Positions 1 to 7,341 are shown, counted from the stretch's first letter. The stretch is 32,000 bases of DNA from Candidatus Saccharimonadota bacterium (GCA_001897305.1 MKSO01000001.1:30001-62000); one strand, 5' to 3'. Program-made: numbers and translations. The notes: generated by a model not told the origin, from the sequence alone.

Positions 1-521
1 GGACAATTATAAGCAACCCATTTGTTCTTGAGTGGATCAAGGGTATCGCCAAATTGAGAGTACAATTCAGTAGCCTCCGCGCTAGCACCAGCTTGTTCAA
101 CGGCATTTTTGCCGCTCCATCCCTTAATATCTATAGTACTAGTTGTGGTTCCATCAACACATCTGGGTCGAGAATCGCTACTTACATTCTGTTTTGTTAA
201 CTTAGCGGTGCCGCCCGATAAAACTATTTTATTTGTTCCATCGTGACAAACGGAAGCGGCGGCTTGTCCACCGCCGGTTTTAATTTGTGGGCCATTGTAC
301 GTAATACCCCCGTCGGTACTGGTGTAGCTGTAGGTTACGCCAGATTTGTCGCAATCTGGACTCACGTACTCAATCTTTGTGGAGTCTATATAGCGATAAC
401 AAGAGCTCGCCGCATTTGCTGGCTTTGTTATAGAGGTAGCTAGAAAAACGGAAGCAATTAGTGCAAGAAAAAGCAAACCTACGAAATGACGAACTTTTAT
501 ATGACGAATAAAATAAGGCAT
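1..521 (-). CDS. Exported Cys-containing protein of unknown function, partial (C-terminal part lies left of the window)
   Basis: Absent from the ORF track because no stop lies inside the window. Hand translation of the minus strand from ATG (519-521) gives MPYFIRHIKVRHFVGLLFLALIASVFLATSITKPANAASSCYRYIDSTKIEYVSPDCDKSG... and stays open for all 173 codons to position 1. Basic N-terminus, hydrophobic stretch and an ANA motif suggest a signal peptide or anchor. Confidence 0.55.
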   Translation of the reverse strand, partial: MPYFIRHIKVRHFVGLLFLALIASVFLATSITKPANAASSCYRYIDSTKIEYVSPDCDKSGVTYSYTSTDGGITYNGPQIKTGGGQAAASVCHDGTNKIVLSGGTAKLTKQNVSSDSRPRCVDGTTTSTIDIKGWSGKNAVEQAGASAEATELYSQFGDTLDPLKNKWVAYNC

Positions 522-546
522 AATCTGATCAAATTATGCCTTATTT
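511..546 (-). terminator. Perfect 14-bp hairpin downstream of the 570..1739 gene; likely intrinsic terminator that also contains the ATG of the next gene
   Basis: AAATAAGGCATAAT-ctgatcaa-ATTATGCCTTATTT. On the minus strand the 3' arm ends in a U-rich run (UAUUUUAUU). Confidence 0.45.
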
Positions 547-569
547 GTGCAGATAAATAAAGGTTATGC

Positions 570-1739
570 TTAACCTAAGTTGTATGGAGCGTCTGCACGA
601 CTAGGGTCTAGAACTTGGGGTGCTTGCCTGCCAAATGCTACGACGTCATCACTGCCCGCTATAAGATTATAGAGGCCAACTATTCTGAAGTCGTTTTGTT
701 TGGTCCATTCGTATGTAATAACTGGATATGACGTGTCGCCGAATATGTCCTTCCCTTGAAACTCAACAGAAGCTTCGTTGTAGGTGCCATTTGACCACAC
801 AGTACCAGAGGTCTCACGTGTGATATGGTCTAGATCTCCAAGTATTGGAATTGATGGCGTAGTCGCTCCATCGAAAAGCTCAGACAAGATAGTGTGTGCA
901 TCGTGTGTAGTATTACCCGATGTATCGAGTCGTTGAGATGTCATACATGTAAGCATATCTTTTGCAATTTGAACGTATTGAGGATTAGACTTGTCGGTAT
1001 ATAGTTTGTATACAAGATTTAACCGATTCATAACAAAGTCATTAATCTTTTGTCCATCCCAAAGTTCCATTACTTCACGACGCTCAATAGGGGCTATACC
1101 GTTTGCAACGAACGTTTGCTCACACGCATATTCTTTAGTATCTGGGTCAGTATATGCGTCATTTGGGTTAACGGGGACTTTCTTGTTCTCCCAGTTGTCA
1201 AATAATGCGGTGTCAACGATAACGTTTGATGTTTGTGCCTCAGGAGTCTTTAATGGTGTACTATCAGGGGTTGGCGCGACGGCTTCAGGAGTTGTGCTTG
1301 GTGCCACAGACGCCTCACTTGTTGCTTTAGGGTCGGTTTTTGGAGGTTCATTATCTTTATTATCAGCTGCAACCTTTACTCCCACTAACGTACCACCTAC
1401 AGCTAATGCAAGTCCTGCAACACCTGCAATGATACCGTTACGTACACGGTTACTTTTTGGTGCACTTTCACCATTGGTTTTTGGTTCTGTAACAGGAGGG
1501 ATAATTGGTGGTTCGGCTACTTTAGAATCTACAACATCGTCGATTGACGGCATGTTCTCGGGAAGGGTCGCTGGACTATGAGGAATGTTATCGAGTTGAA
1601 TATCTTCGAAAGCGCGAAGAGGGGTCTCACTAAATTCTGTAGGCGGAGTTTCGCGCATCGGCTTGTCGACATTACCACTATGGCCTGCTGTTACTTCAGG
1701 TGCTTGAGAATTTTGTGGTGTTGGGTACTCTTTGTCCAT
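570..1739 (-). CDS. Bitopic membrane protein, unknown function (Pro-rich cytoplasmic N-terminus, one TM, Pro/Thr-rich linker, ~210-aa C-terminal domain)
   Basis: 389-aa ORF. TM segment GIIAGVAGLALAVGGTLVGVKVAA. SD-like AAGGAA about 10 nt upstream of ATG 1739. Hairpin follows the stop. Confidence 0.8.
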   Translation of the reverse strand: MDKEYPTPQNSQAPEVTAGHSGNVDKPMRETPPTEFSETPLRAFEDIQLDNIPHSPATLPENMPSIDDVVDSKVAEPPIIPPVTEPKTNGESAPKSNRVRNGIIAGVAGLALAVGGTLVGVKVAADNKDNEPPKTDPKATSEASVAPSTTPEAVAPTPDSTPLKTPEAQTSNVIVDTALFDNWENKKVPVNPNDAYTDPDTKEYACEQTFVANGIAPIERREVMELWDGQKINDFVMNRLNLVYKLYTDKSNPQYVQIAKDMLTCMTSQRLDTSGNTTHDAHTILSELFDGATTPSIPILGDLDHITRETSGTVWSNGTYNEASVEFQGKDIFGDTSYPVITYEWTKQNDFRIVGLYNLIAGSDDVVAFGRQAPQVLDPSRADAPYNLG

Positions 1740-1932
1740 GTGTATAGGTTCCTTGGTGTATGACCTTATATAAATACTTGTACGTGAGCTATTAAATGTC
1801 CGTTTGAACTATATATACCACAAAAGTATTAAAAAGTAAAGAGCTTATGTAATAGACAAGGTTAATTACAAAGCTTCCACCCCTATCAATAACTTATTTA
1901 CTGTTTTATGTAACCTAAAAAGTCTCAACAGA

Positions 1933-2850
1933 CTAATGGTAAGTAAAGTTAACTTCAATGTTATTAAGAACCCTATTAATGTTATAGGTGCTAAAAATAT
2001 TCTTTAGCTCGTCGGGGGTTATGCTTAGACCAAGTTTTGAGACAATCTCCGCTTCACTAGGGTACTCATCACTTCCCTCCTCTGACTGTTGAATTGATTC
2101 AGAGAGCCTGCTACTAAAACCATGTTGTTTGATGGTGGTTAACAGTTTTTCAGCTACCTCGCCTTCATCTGTAATTTCAGTAGATTGGCGTTTATCAATT
2201 CGATATAAGTTTATATCTTTTACTTTCCCTGTTACCTCGTCATATTCAAAAGAGTCTTCGTACGTAAAGCAAAAAGAGGAACGAGTTATATCTTCTTGCA
2301 AATTACTACGAATTGCTTTACTGACTACAAGAAATAGCACAAGAAGATGGGACTTTTTTATGGCATCATCCTCGTTTATCTGAAGTGTAATTGATTGTTG
2401 AATTATACCGAATGCATCCATGTTGGCTGGCTTATATAAAATAGGATGATACTCTCGGTCGGATTGAACTAGCTTTTCAGAAGATGCCTGTTCTTTCCAG
2501 GGGGTAATTTGATATGCGTTAAGCGTTTTTAAAACCTCCGATTCATCAAGCGCGGCGATATCAACACGGTTTTCGGCCATAATTTGTAAAAGGGCACCAT
2601 TGATCGTATTGTTATTGAACTGGGGCCGAAGCTTATTTAGATTTTTAAAAAAGGATACGGCTGGTGAGGTGTAGGTCTCAATCTTAATGTATATGTATCC
2701 CTCGTAATACGAACGCGCATCGAGGTGGTAGTCAACATATGAAAAGAGGTGTTTGGCGCGTGCTTGCTCGGTAATAAAGTCGCAAAAAATATGCTCGTAA
2801 AGGTGGCCTACTTCGATGTTTGGGGCCGCTTTTGTATAAATAAGCTGCAT
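1933..2850 (-). CDS. Hypothetical cytoplasmic protein with N-terminal HxxEH motif
   Basis: 305-aa ORF with no TM segment. Motif VGHLYEHIF at residues 14-22. Extended -10 promoter lies directly upstream of the ATG. Confidence 0.75.
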   Translation of the reverse strand: MQLIYTKAAPNIEVGHLYEHIFCDFITEQARAKHLFSYVDYHLDARSYYEGYIYIKIETYTSPAVSFFKNLNKLRPQFNNNTINGALLQIMAENRVDIAALDESEVLKTLNAYQITPWKEQASSEKLVQSDREYHPILYKPANMDAFGIIQQSITLQINEDDAIKKSHLLVLFLVVSKAIRSNLQEDITRSSFCFTYEDSFEYDEVTGKVKDINLYRIDKRQSTEITDEGEVAEKLLTTIKQHGFSSRLSESIQQSEEGSDEYPSEAEIVSKLGLSITPDELKNIFSTYNINRVLNNIEVNFTYH

Positions 2851-2856
2851 GGTATT

Positions 2857-2865
2857 AGAATAACA
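2857..2865 (-). promoter_or_regulatory. Extended -10 element TGtTATTCT, 6 nt upstream of ATG 2850 (leaderless-type promoter)
   Basis: Minus strand reads TGTTATTCT-aatacc-ATG. Confidence 0.45.
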
Positions 2866-2885
2866 TTCTCTCTAGAAGTGATGTA

Positions 2886-2915
2886 GCCCCCATCGCCGAA
2901 ACCGGCGATGGGGGC
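2886..2915 (-). terminator. GC-only 13-bp perfect hairpin, no U-tract, 12 nt after the stop of the 63-aa gene
   Basis: GCCCCCATCGCCG-aaac-CGGCGATGGGGGC. Confidence 0.55.
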
Positions 2916-2927
2916 CTGTGCCGGGCG

Positions 2928-3119
2928 TTACCAGCCCCGGCGGCCGTGGTTGTTCTTGCCCTTGGTGTCGTGGGTCTTGCGGCTGTTGCCGCCGCTCCCC
3001 GACTGCCTCTTCGACTTCGGTGCGCCGAGGTTGGCCACCGCGTCGGTGAAGCTGTAGGGCTTGGAACCCGACTTCTTGTTCCCGTAGGGAGTGAAGTTCG
3101 GCTTTTTGTTCTGGCCCAT
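2928..3119 (-). CDS. 63-aa hyper-basic, Gly/Asn/Lys/Ser-rich, probably disordered protein encoded in a high-GC islet
   Basis: Internal ATG of track ORF 2928..3191. Hand translation: MGQNKKPNFTPYGNKKSGSKPYSFTDAVANLGAPKSKRQSGSGGNSRKTHDTKGKNNHGRRGW. 59 of 63 codons end in G or C. SD GGAAGGA lies 10 nt upstream and a hairpin lies downstream. The competing overlapping frames lack this GC3 signal. Confidence 0.6.
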   Translation of the reverse strand: MGQNKKPNFTPYGNKKSGSKPYSFTDAVANLGAPKSKRQSGSGGNSRKTHDTKGKNNHGRRGW

Positions 3120-3272
3120 TTTGGCCACATCCTTCCGGAAGGCAACAAATGGTGTTGCAACCACCTCTCGGCAAGAGCCTCGATTAAACAAATAATAGCA
3201 TCTATTGGAAATAAGTCAATATGGGCAGTTTACACACAAGAACATAACCTCATAATTACCTAGAAAACAAAC

Positions 3273-3301
3273 TTGCATTCTCTTTAAAAAGCTTGTACGC
3301 T
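3273..3301 (+). promoter_or_regulatory. Possible promoter of the pilin-like operon (TTGCAT-17 nt-TACGCT), 9 nt before ATG 3311
   Basis: Hexamers and spacing read directly from the sequence. The -10 is weak and alternative -10 choices exist. Confidence 0.3.
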
Positions 3302-3310
3302 ATAGACAAT

Positions 3311-3712
3311 ATGAAGATAAAACAAACAATACAGAACATTGCTGTGGTGGTAGGTATCTTATTGTTGCCGATTGTTACGGTTTTACCGACTACACCAACA
3401 CAGGCTGCGACTTGTGGGGGTGTACAGACGGCTATTATTAGTTGTGGCGGGAGTAAGGATGCGAAGAAGGCTGAAGATACTGGTCTTTGGGGTATTCTTC
3501 TTCTTGTTATAGGTATTCTGACTGCCGGCGTTGGTGTCCTAGCCCTCGCTGGTATCGTATACGGTGCTATCCTCTGGACTTCAGCCGGCGGTAGCCCCGA
3601 GCAAATTAAAAAGGCCCGTACAGTATTTACTAACGTAGTTATTGGGGTGGTAGCCTTTGGTGGTATGTACGTACTGCTTAATTTCCTGGTTCCAGGAGGG
3701 GTATTTAACTAG
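3311..3712 (+). CDS. VirB2/TrbC-like 'T4SS-pilin' family small membrane protein (paralogue 1)
   Basis: Start moved to ATG 3311 (MKIKQTIQNIAVVV...). Signal peptide ending TQAA. Cys pair TCGGVQTAIISCGG. Two TM helices flank the loop WTSAGGSPEQIKKART. Confidence 0.7.
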   Translation: MKIKQTIQNIAVVVGILLLPIVTVLPTTPTQAATCGGVQTAIISCGGSKDAKKAEDTGLWGILLLVIGILTAGVGVLALAGIVYGAILWTSAGGSPEQIKKARTVFTNVVIGVVAFGGMYVLLNFLVPGGVFN

Positions 3713-3713
3713 T

Positions 3714-4154
3714 ATGAAGAAGATCTTTCAGACCCTACTGACAGGCGGTTTGTTTATTTTCGCTATTGCGGCACCTGTTATGGCCCTTACAACACCACAA
3801 ACAGCCAGTGCTGCTGTAACTAACTGTGAAGCACGTTTCATGGGTGTTCCACCGTGGTATCGTGGGCTTACTAAAGAAAATCCTCCGACTTGTGACCTTA
3901 AAACTCCTGACGAAGTGGGTGGTATTGGTAATTACATTTGGAAGATCGTTCTTAATGGCATAGAAATGGCGATCGTTATTTCCGCTTACATTGCAGTCTT
4001 CTTTATAATGTACGGCGGTTTCTTGTTTATAACTGGTGGTGATAAGCCGGCCCAGGTAGAAAAGGCTCGCAAGACAATCCTCGATGCTGTCATTGGGTTG
4101 GTTATTGCCATGGCTGCGGTCGCGATTATTAACTTAATCTTTAGGATTATCTAG
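3714..4154 (+). CDS. VirB2/TrbC-like 'T4SS-pilin' family small membrane protein (paralogue 2, divergent subtype)
   Basis: ATG 3714 preceded by AGGAGG. Signal peptide ...ASAA. Cys pair NCEARFMGVPPWYRGL...TCD. Two TM helices flank FITGGDKPAQVEKARKT. Confidence 0.7.
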   Translation: MKKIFQTLLTGGLFIFAIAAPVMALTTPQTASAAVTNCEARFMGVPPWYRGLTKENPPTCDLKTPDEVGGIGNYIWKIVLNGIEMAIVISAYIAVFFIMYGGFLFITGGDKPAQVEKARKTILDAVIGLVIAMAAVAIINLIFRII

Positions 4155-4157
4155 CAT

Positions 4158-4448
4158 ATGAAACAGTTTTTCATTCAGTTTGCGCAAAAAGTTGATGCTG
4201 GGAGCGTAGGTATTCCAACCGGTTCTGGCGACACACTTCTTCATAATGGGTTGAATCTGGTATATTTTTTAGCAGGTCTGGTGTCTGTTATTGTTATTAT
4301 CGTCGCGGGCATTATGTATACCACTTCAAGTGGCGACGCTAGTAGGGTTACTCGTGCGAAGAACCTGCTCACCTACTCTATTGTTGGGTTAGTGGTGGTA
4401 CTGTCGGCGTTTGTTATTACTAATTTCGTTATAGGGAGTTTTAAGTAA
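4158..4448 (+). CDS. VirB2/TrbC-like pilin-family protein lacking signal peptide and Cys pair (paralogue 3)
   Basis: 96 aa. The core YTTSSGDASRVTRAKNLLTYSIVGL is nearly identical to paralogue 4, but the N-terminus MKQFFIQFAQKVDAGS is not hydrophobic. Confidence 0.65.
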   Translation: MKQFFIQFAQKVDAGSVGIPTGSGDTLLHNGLNLVYFLAGLVSVIVIIVAGIMYTTSSGDASRVTRAKNLLTYSIVGLVVVLSAFVITNFVIGSFK

Positions 4449-4829
4449 ATGAATAAAATAAAAGTAGCTCTTGTAGCCTTTGCGATGATTGTATTTGGTG
4501 GGGCGGCGTTGCTTCCAGTAACTACTGTAGGCGCATTAGACCCTCTCGCGGGTGCCTGTGCTAGTGACCCTAATGCAGAGATATGTAAAGCAAGTGGAAA
4601 GGCCGATAAACCAGATACGCTTATTAAAACACTTGTTAACACCTTACTATTCGTTGTTGGCTTGTTGTCGGTGGTGATGATTATTTTTGCAGGTATTTTA
4701 TATACCACCTCGGCTGGTGATGCCAGTAAGGTGACGCGTGCAAAGAACACCCTTACTTATTCAATTGTAGGACTGTTATTGGCGTTTCTCGCATTTGCAA
4801 TTGTTAACTGGGTGCTTAAATTGTTTTAA
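4449..4829 (+). CDS. VirB2/TrbC-like 'T4SS-pilin' family small membrane protein (paralogue 4)
   Basis: Starts on the nucleotide after the stop of paralogue 3. Signal peptide present. Cys pair ACASDPNAEIC. Core YTTSAGDASKVTRAKNTLTYSIVGL. Confidence 0.7.
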   Translation: MNKIKVALVAFAMIVFGGAALLPVTTVGALDPLAGACASDPNAEICKASGKADKPDTLIKTLVNTLLFVVGLLSVVMIIFAGILYTTSAGDASKVTRAKNTLTYSIVGLLLAFLAFAIVNWVLKLF

Positions 4830-4902
4830 TAAAGTTGTCCCAGGGGTTAACAAAACGTTAAAAATCTGCTATAACTAACCTAGATTTCAAAGAAAGGAAT
4901 AA

Positions 4903-5322
4903 ATGAAAATGAAATTATTAACGAAAAAGAAGCTGACACTATTTGTAGCTGCCTTTGCTTTAGCGGTAACAGCACTATTTGTACCAGTAGTGACAGCTAA
5001 TGCTGCATGTGATCAAAATGACCTTAGCGCACAAAGTGGTATCGACTGTGCTCAAGGTAAAGGCACCCCAACTACCCTATTTGGTGCTGGTTCAATCTTT
5101 ACTACAGTAGTAAACGTACTCCTCTTCATTATTGGTGCGATCTGTGTGATCATGCTTATCTGGGGCGGTATTCGTTACACTACTTCTGCTGGTAACTCGG
5201 CAAACGTTACAGCTGCTAAGAACACCATTATGTACGCAATCATCGGTTTGGTGATCGCCTTCCTAGCCTTCGCGATCGTGAATTGGGTACTTGGTGCAAT
5301 TACACCTTCTGGTACTGCGTAA
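4903..5322 (+). CDS. VirB2/TrbC-like 'T4SS-pilin' family small membrane protein (paralogue 5)
   Basis: Own promoter TGcTATAAC (4867-4875) and SD AAAGGAA. Signal peptide ...TANAA. Cys pair ACDQNDLSAQSGIDC. Core RYTTSAGNSANVTAAKNTIMYAIIGL. Confidence 0.75.
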   Translation: MKMKLLTKKKLTLFVAAFALAVTALFVPVVTANAACDQNDLSAQSGIDCAQGKGTPTTLFGAGSIFTTVVNVLLFIIGAICVIMLIWGGIRYTTSAGNSANVTAAKNTIMYAIIGLVIAFLAFAIVNWVLGAITPSGTA

Positions 5323-5340
5323 GACGAAGCCTTTCTTTAT

Positions 5341-5369
5341 AAAAACCTCGCTTGCTATGCGAGGTTTTT
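5341..5369 (+). terminator. Intrinsic terminator after pilin paralogue 5
   Basis: AAAAACCTCGC-ttgctat-GCGAGGTTTTT followed by ATTTTG. Confidence 0.7.
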
Positions 5370-5388
5370 ATTTTGTCTACTGGTTGTG

Positions 5389-5415
5389 TGCCAATTAAAA
5401 AACACCCCCACGGCG
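5389..5415 (-). terminator. Intrinsic terminator after hsp20
   Basis: AAAACACCC-ccacggcga-GGGTGTTTT. On the minus strand it is followed by TTTTAATT. Confidence 0.6.
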
Positions 5416-5442
5416 AGGGTGTTTTAAAGGTTGCTCAAGATA

Positions 5443-5907
5443 CTATTGAATTTGAATCTTCTTAGCTTGCTCTTGCTTGATCTTATTGAAGCTGATGGTA
5501 AGAACACCGTCCTTTAGTACTGCTTCAACTTCGTCTTCCTTAACGCTTACAGGTAGTGCAAGTGTACGGCTGAATTCACCCCAGTAACATTCTTGGATGT
5601 GCCAGTTGGTTGCAGCACTGTCGTCACCGCTACTTAGCGTACCGCTGATAGTAAGAATACCGTCGCTAATGCTAACGTCGAGATCTTCTTTGTTTACGCC
5701 TGCTGTACGAGCCTTTACGACAAGCTTGTCGTCAGTTTCGTATACGTCAACAGCGAGTTGACCCAAGAATTCTTCTTGGCTGTCGTCCCAGCTGTCGTCG
5801 CTCGCAGGTGCGACTGTGTCGGTTGGTGTCGTTAGGTCGTCGTCGCTCAGGAAAGCTGCTGCCAGCTCGTCTTCAATGAGCAAATCCTCGTTTGGTTTTC
5901 GGGCCAT
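5443..5907 (-). CDS. Small heat-shock protein, Hsp20/alpha-crystallin family
   Basis: Alpha-crystallin-type C-terminal half (LAVDVYETDDKLVVKARTAGV...DGILTISG...FSRTLALP...AVLKDGVLTISFNK). ATG 5907 preceded by GGAGGA. The track start at 5919 is a GTG inside the SD. Confidence 0.85.
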   Translation of the reverse strand: MARKPNEDLLIEDELAAAFLSDDDLTTPTDTVAPASDDSWDDSQEEFLGQLAVDVYETDDKLVVKARTAGVNKEDLDVSISDGILTISGTLSSGDDSAATNWHIQECYWGEFSRTLALPVSVKEDEVEAVLKDGVLTISFNKIKQEQAKKIQIQ

Positions 5908-5954
5908 GATATCCTCCACTTTTCTCTAGGCTCATTTGACAAATAGTCCTTCGT

Positions 5955-5980
5955 ATTATACCGAGCATGTACGGTATAAT
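5955..5980. promoter_or_regulatory. Divergent hsp20/comF promoter core: 9-bp inverted repeat ATTATACCG-N8-CGGTATAAT, each arm supplying a TATAAT -10 box
   Basis: Plus TATAAT (5975-5980) lies 7 nt before ATG 5988. Minus TATAAT (5955-5960) has TTGATT 17 nt upstream. Confidence 0.5.
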
Positions 5981-5987
5981 CAACTAA

Positions 5988-6677
5988 ATGGGTGGTAAAA
6001 ACGTAAAAAATACAATAGTTGAGCGGGTTCTGCAAATAGTGGCCCCACACCTCTGTTTTGGATGCGGTAAAATAGGTGCTGTTTTATGCCATGATTGTAA
6101 ATATAACATCATTGACGAGCCGTTTTGGGGCTGTATTGTGTGCGGAAAGCCCAAAAGAGAGGGTGTTTGCACCGAACATGAAACTTCTATAGAGAAAACC
6201 TTTGTTGTAAGCCAGCGTATAGGCACCTTAGAAACACTTATTAATGGTTTAAAGTTTCACAATAATAAAGCCGCTGCGCAAGCCTGTGCTGAACTACTTC
6301 ATGAGTCACTTCCTATACTCCCCTCTAGTGCAACGATTGTTGTGGTACCGACGGTTCGTTCACACATACGGCAGCGTGGCTATGATCATATAGACTTAAT
6401 TGCCCGCCAATTTGCCGCTATGAGGGGCTTACCTATAAGATACTTGCTTAGGCGCGCTACAACTGACGTGCAGCATCTTGTTGGGCGTGAAGAGCGTCGT
6501 ACGCAAGCAGATAGAGCTTTTGAACTTGTCGAGACTGACGATTTGTCTATGGGTCCTATTCTTTTGATTGACGATATTATCACGACTGCTGCAACAGTAA
6601 CGGCTGCATCTAAACTGCTCTCACAAACGGGGCTACCTGTATGGGTGGCGGCTTTAGCGTACCAACCTCTCGACTGA
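5988..6677 (+). CDS. comFC: ComF-family phosphoribosyltransferase-domain protein
   Basis: N-terminal Cys clusters CFGCG...CHDC and CIVCGKP. C-terminal PRPP-binding loop LLIDDIITTAATV. Confidence 0.75.
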   Translation: MGGKNVKNTIVERVLQIVAPHLCFGCGKIGAVLCHDCKYNIIDEPFWGCIVCGKPKREGVCTEHETSIEKTFVVSQRIGTLETLINGLKFHNNKAAAQACAELLHESLPILPSSATIVVVPTVRSHIRQRGYDHIDLIARQFAAMRGLPIRYLLRRATTDVQHLVGREERRTQADRAFELVETDDLSMGPILLIDDIITTAATVTAASKLLSQTGLPVWVAALAYQPLD

Positions 6678-6715
6678 ATCGTTTCAATCTGTTAAAATAA
6701 CCCAAGTACTTTCCT

Positions 6716-6803
<88 letters not shown>

Positions 6804-6813
6804 AGAAGTTATA

Positions 6814-6839
6814 AAAATAGCCCCTACGAGGGCTATTTT
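6814..6839. terminator. Bidirectional hairpin between tRNA-Ser(TGA) and pilin paralogue 6
   Basis: AAAATAGCCC-ctacga-GGGCTATTTT, with A/T runs on both sides. Confidence 0.65.
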
Positions 6840-6841
6840 AT

Positions 6842-7246
6842 TTAGACGTTTGTAAACCCAGCGCCACCGCCAGGGGTAATAGCACCAAGTACCCAGTTAA
6901 CGATTGCGAATGCCAAGAAGGCAATAATAAGGCCAACAATGGCATAAAGAATGGTATTCTTGGCTGCCGTAACGTTAGAGGCATTACCGCCAGAAGTAGC
7001 ATAACGAATACCCCCGATGATAATCATAATAACCGCAAGCGCACCCGCTACAAAGAGTAGTGTATTGGTGATAGTGGTAATAACACCACTTCCGCCAAAG
7101 AGTGTACTAGGGGTGCCGTTCCCACGTGCCGCTTCAACACCTTGTTGTATGGCGCTTTGGGCCGAGGTGTTAGCGGAAAAACCCACCGTAAGCAGAGTGG
7201 CGAGTGATAGGGCTGAAATAGTGAAATAAGAAATAATTTTTTTCAT
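6842..7246 (-). CDS. VirB2/TrbC-like 'T4SS-pilin' family small membrane protein (paralogue 6, closest to paralogue 5)
   Basis: Signal peptide present. Core RYATSGGNASNVTAAKNTILYAIVGLIIAFLAFAIVNWVLGAITPGG. No Cys pair. Promoter TGcTATAAT on the minus strand at 7272-7280. Confidence 0.75.
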   Translation of the reverse strand: MKKIISYFTISALSLATLLTVGFSANTSAQSAIQQGVEAARGNGTPSTLFGGSGVITTITNTLLFVAGALAVIMIIIGGIRYATSGGNASNVTAAKNTILYAIVGLIIAFLAFAIVNWVLGAITPGGGAGFTNV

Positions 7247-7341
7247 AGCAATTATTATGTACTATATCTTAATTATAGCAAATATTTACTATAAACGCTA
7301 GTCCCCGCCTCTGATTTATGCTACAATCGTTCAAGTTGCAC

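Noticed and set aside
991-1763. Plus-strand ORFs 991..1581 and 1578..1763, antisense to the 570..1739 gene.
   Set aside because: They lie entirely within a longer, better-supported minus-strand CDS, have no start signals and give low-complexity translations.
2855-3263. Track ORFs 2855..3160(-), 2872..3174(-) and 2946..3263(+), and the N-terminal extension of 2928..3191(-).
   Set aside because: These are stop-codon-poor artefacts of the high-GC islet. Only the frame from ATG 3119 shows about 94 % GC3 together with an SD and a terminator. The others are Arg/Pro/Ala-rich nonsense typical of off-frame high-GC sequence.
4373-4750. 125-aa minus-strand ORF across pilin paralogues 3 and 4.
   Set aside because: It is antisense to two well-supported tandem genes, and mirror-frame hydrophobic sequence is expected opposite TM-coding DNA.
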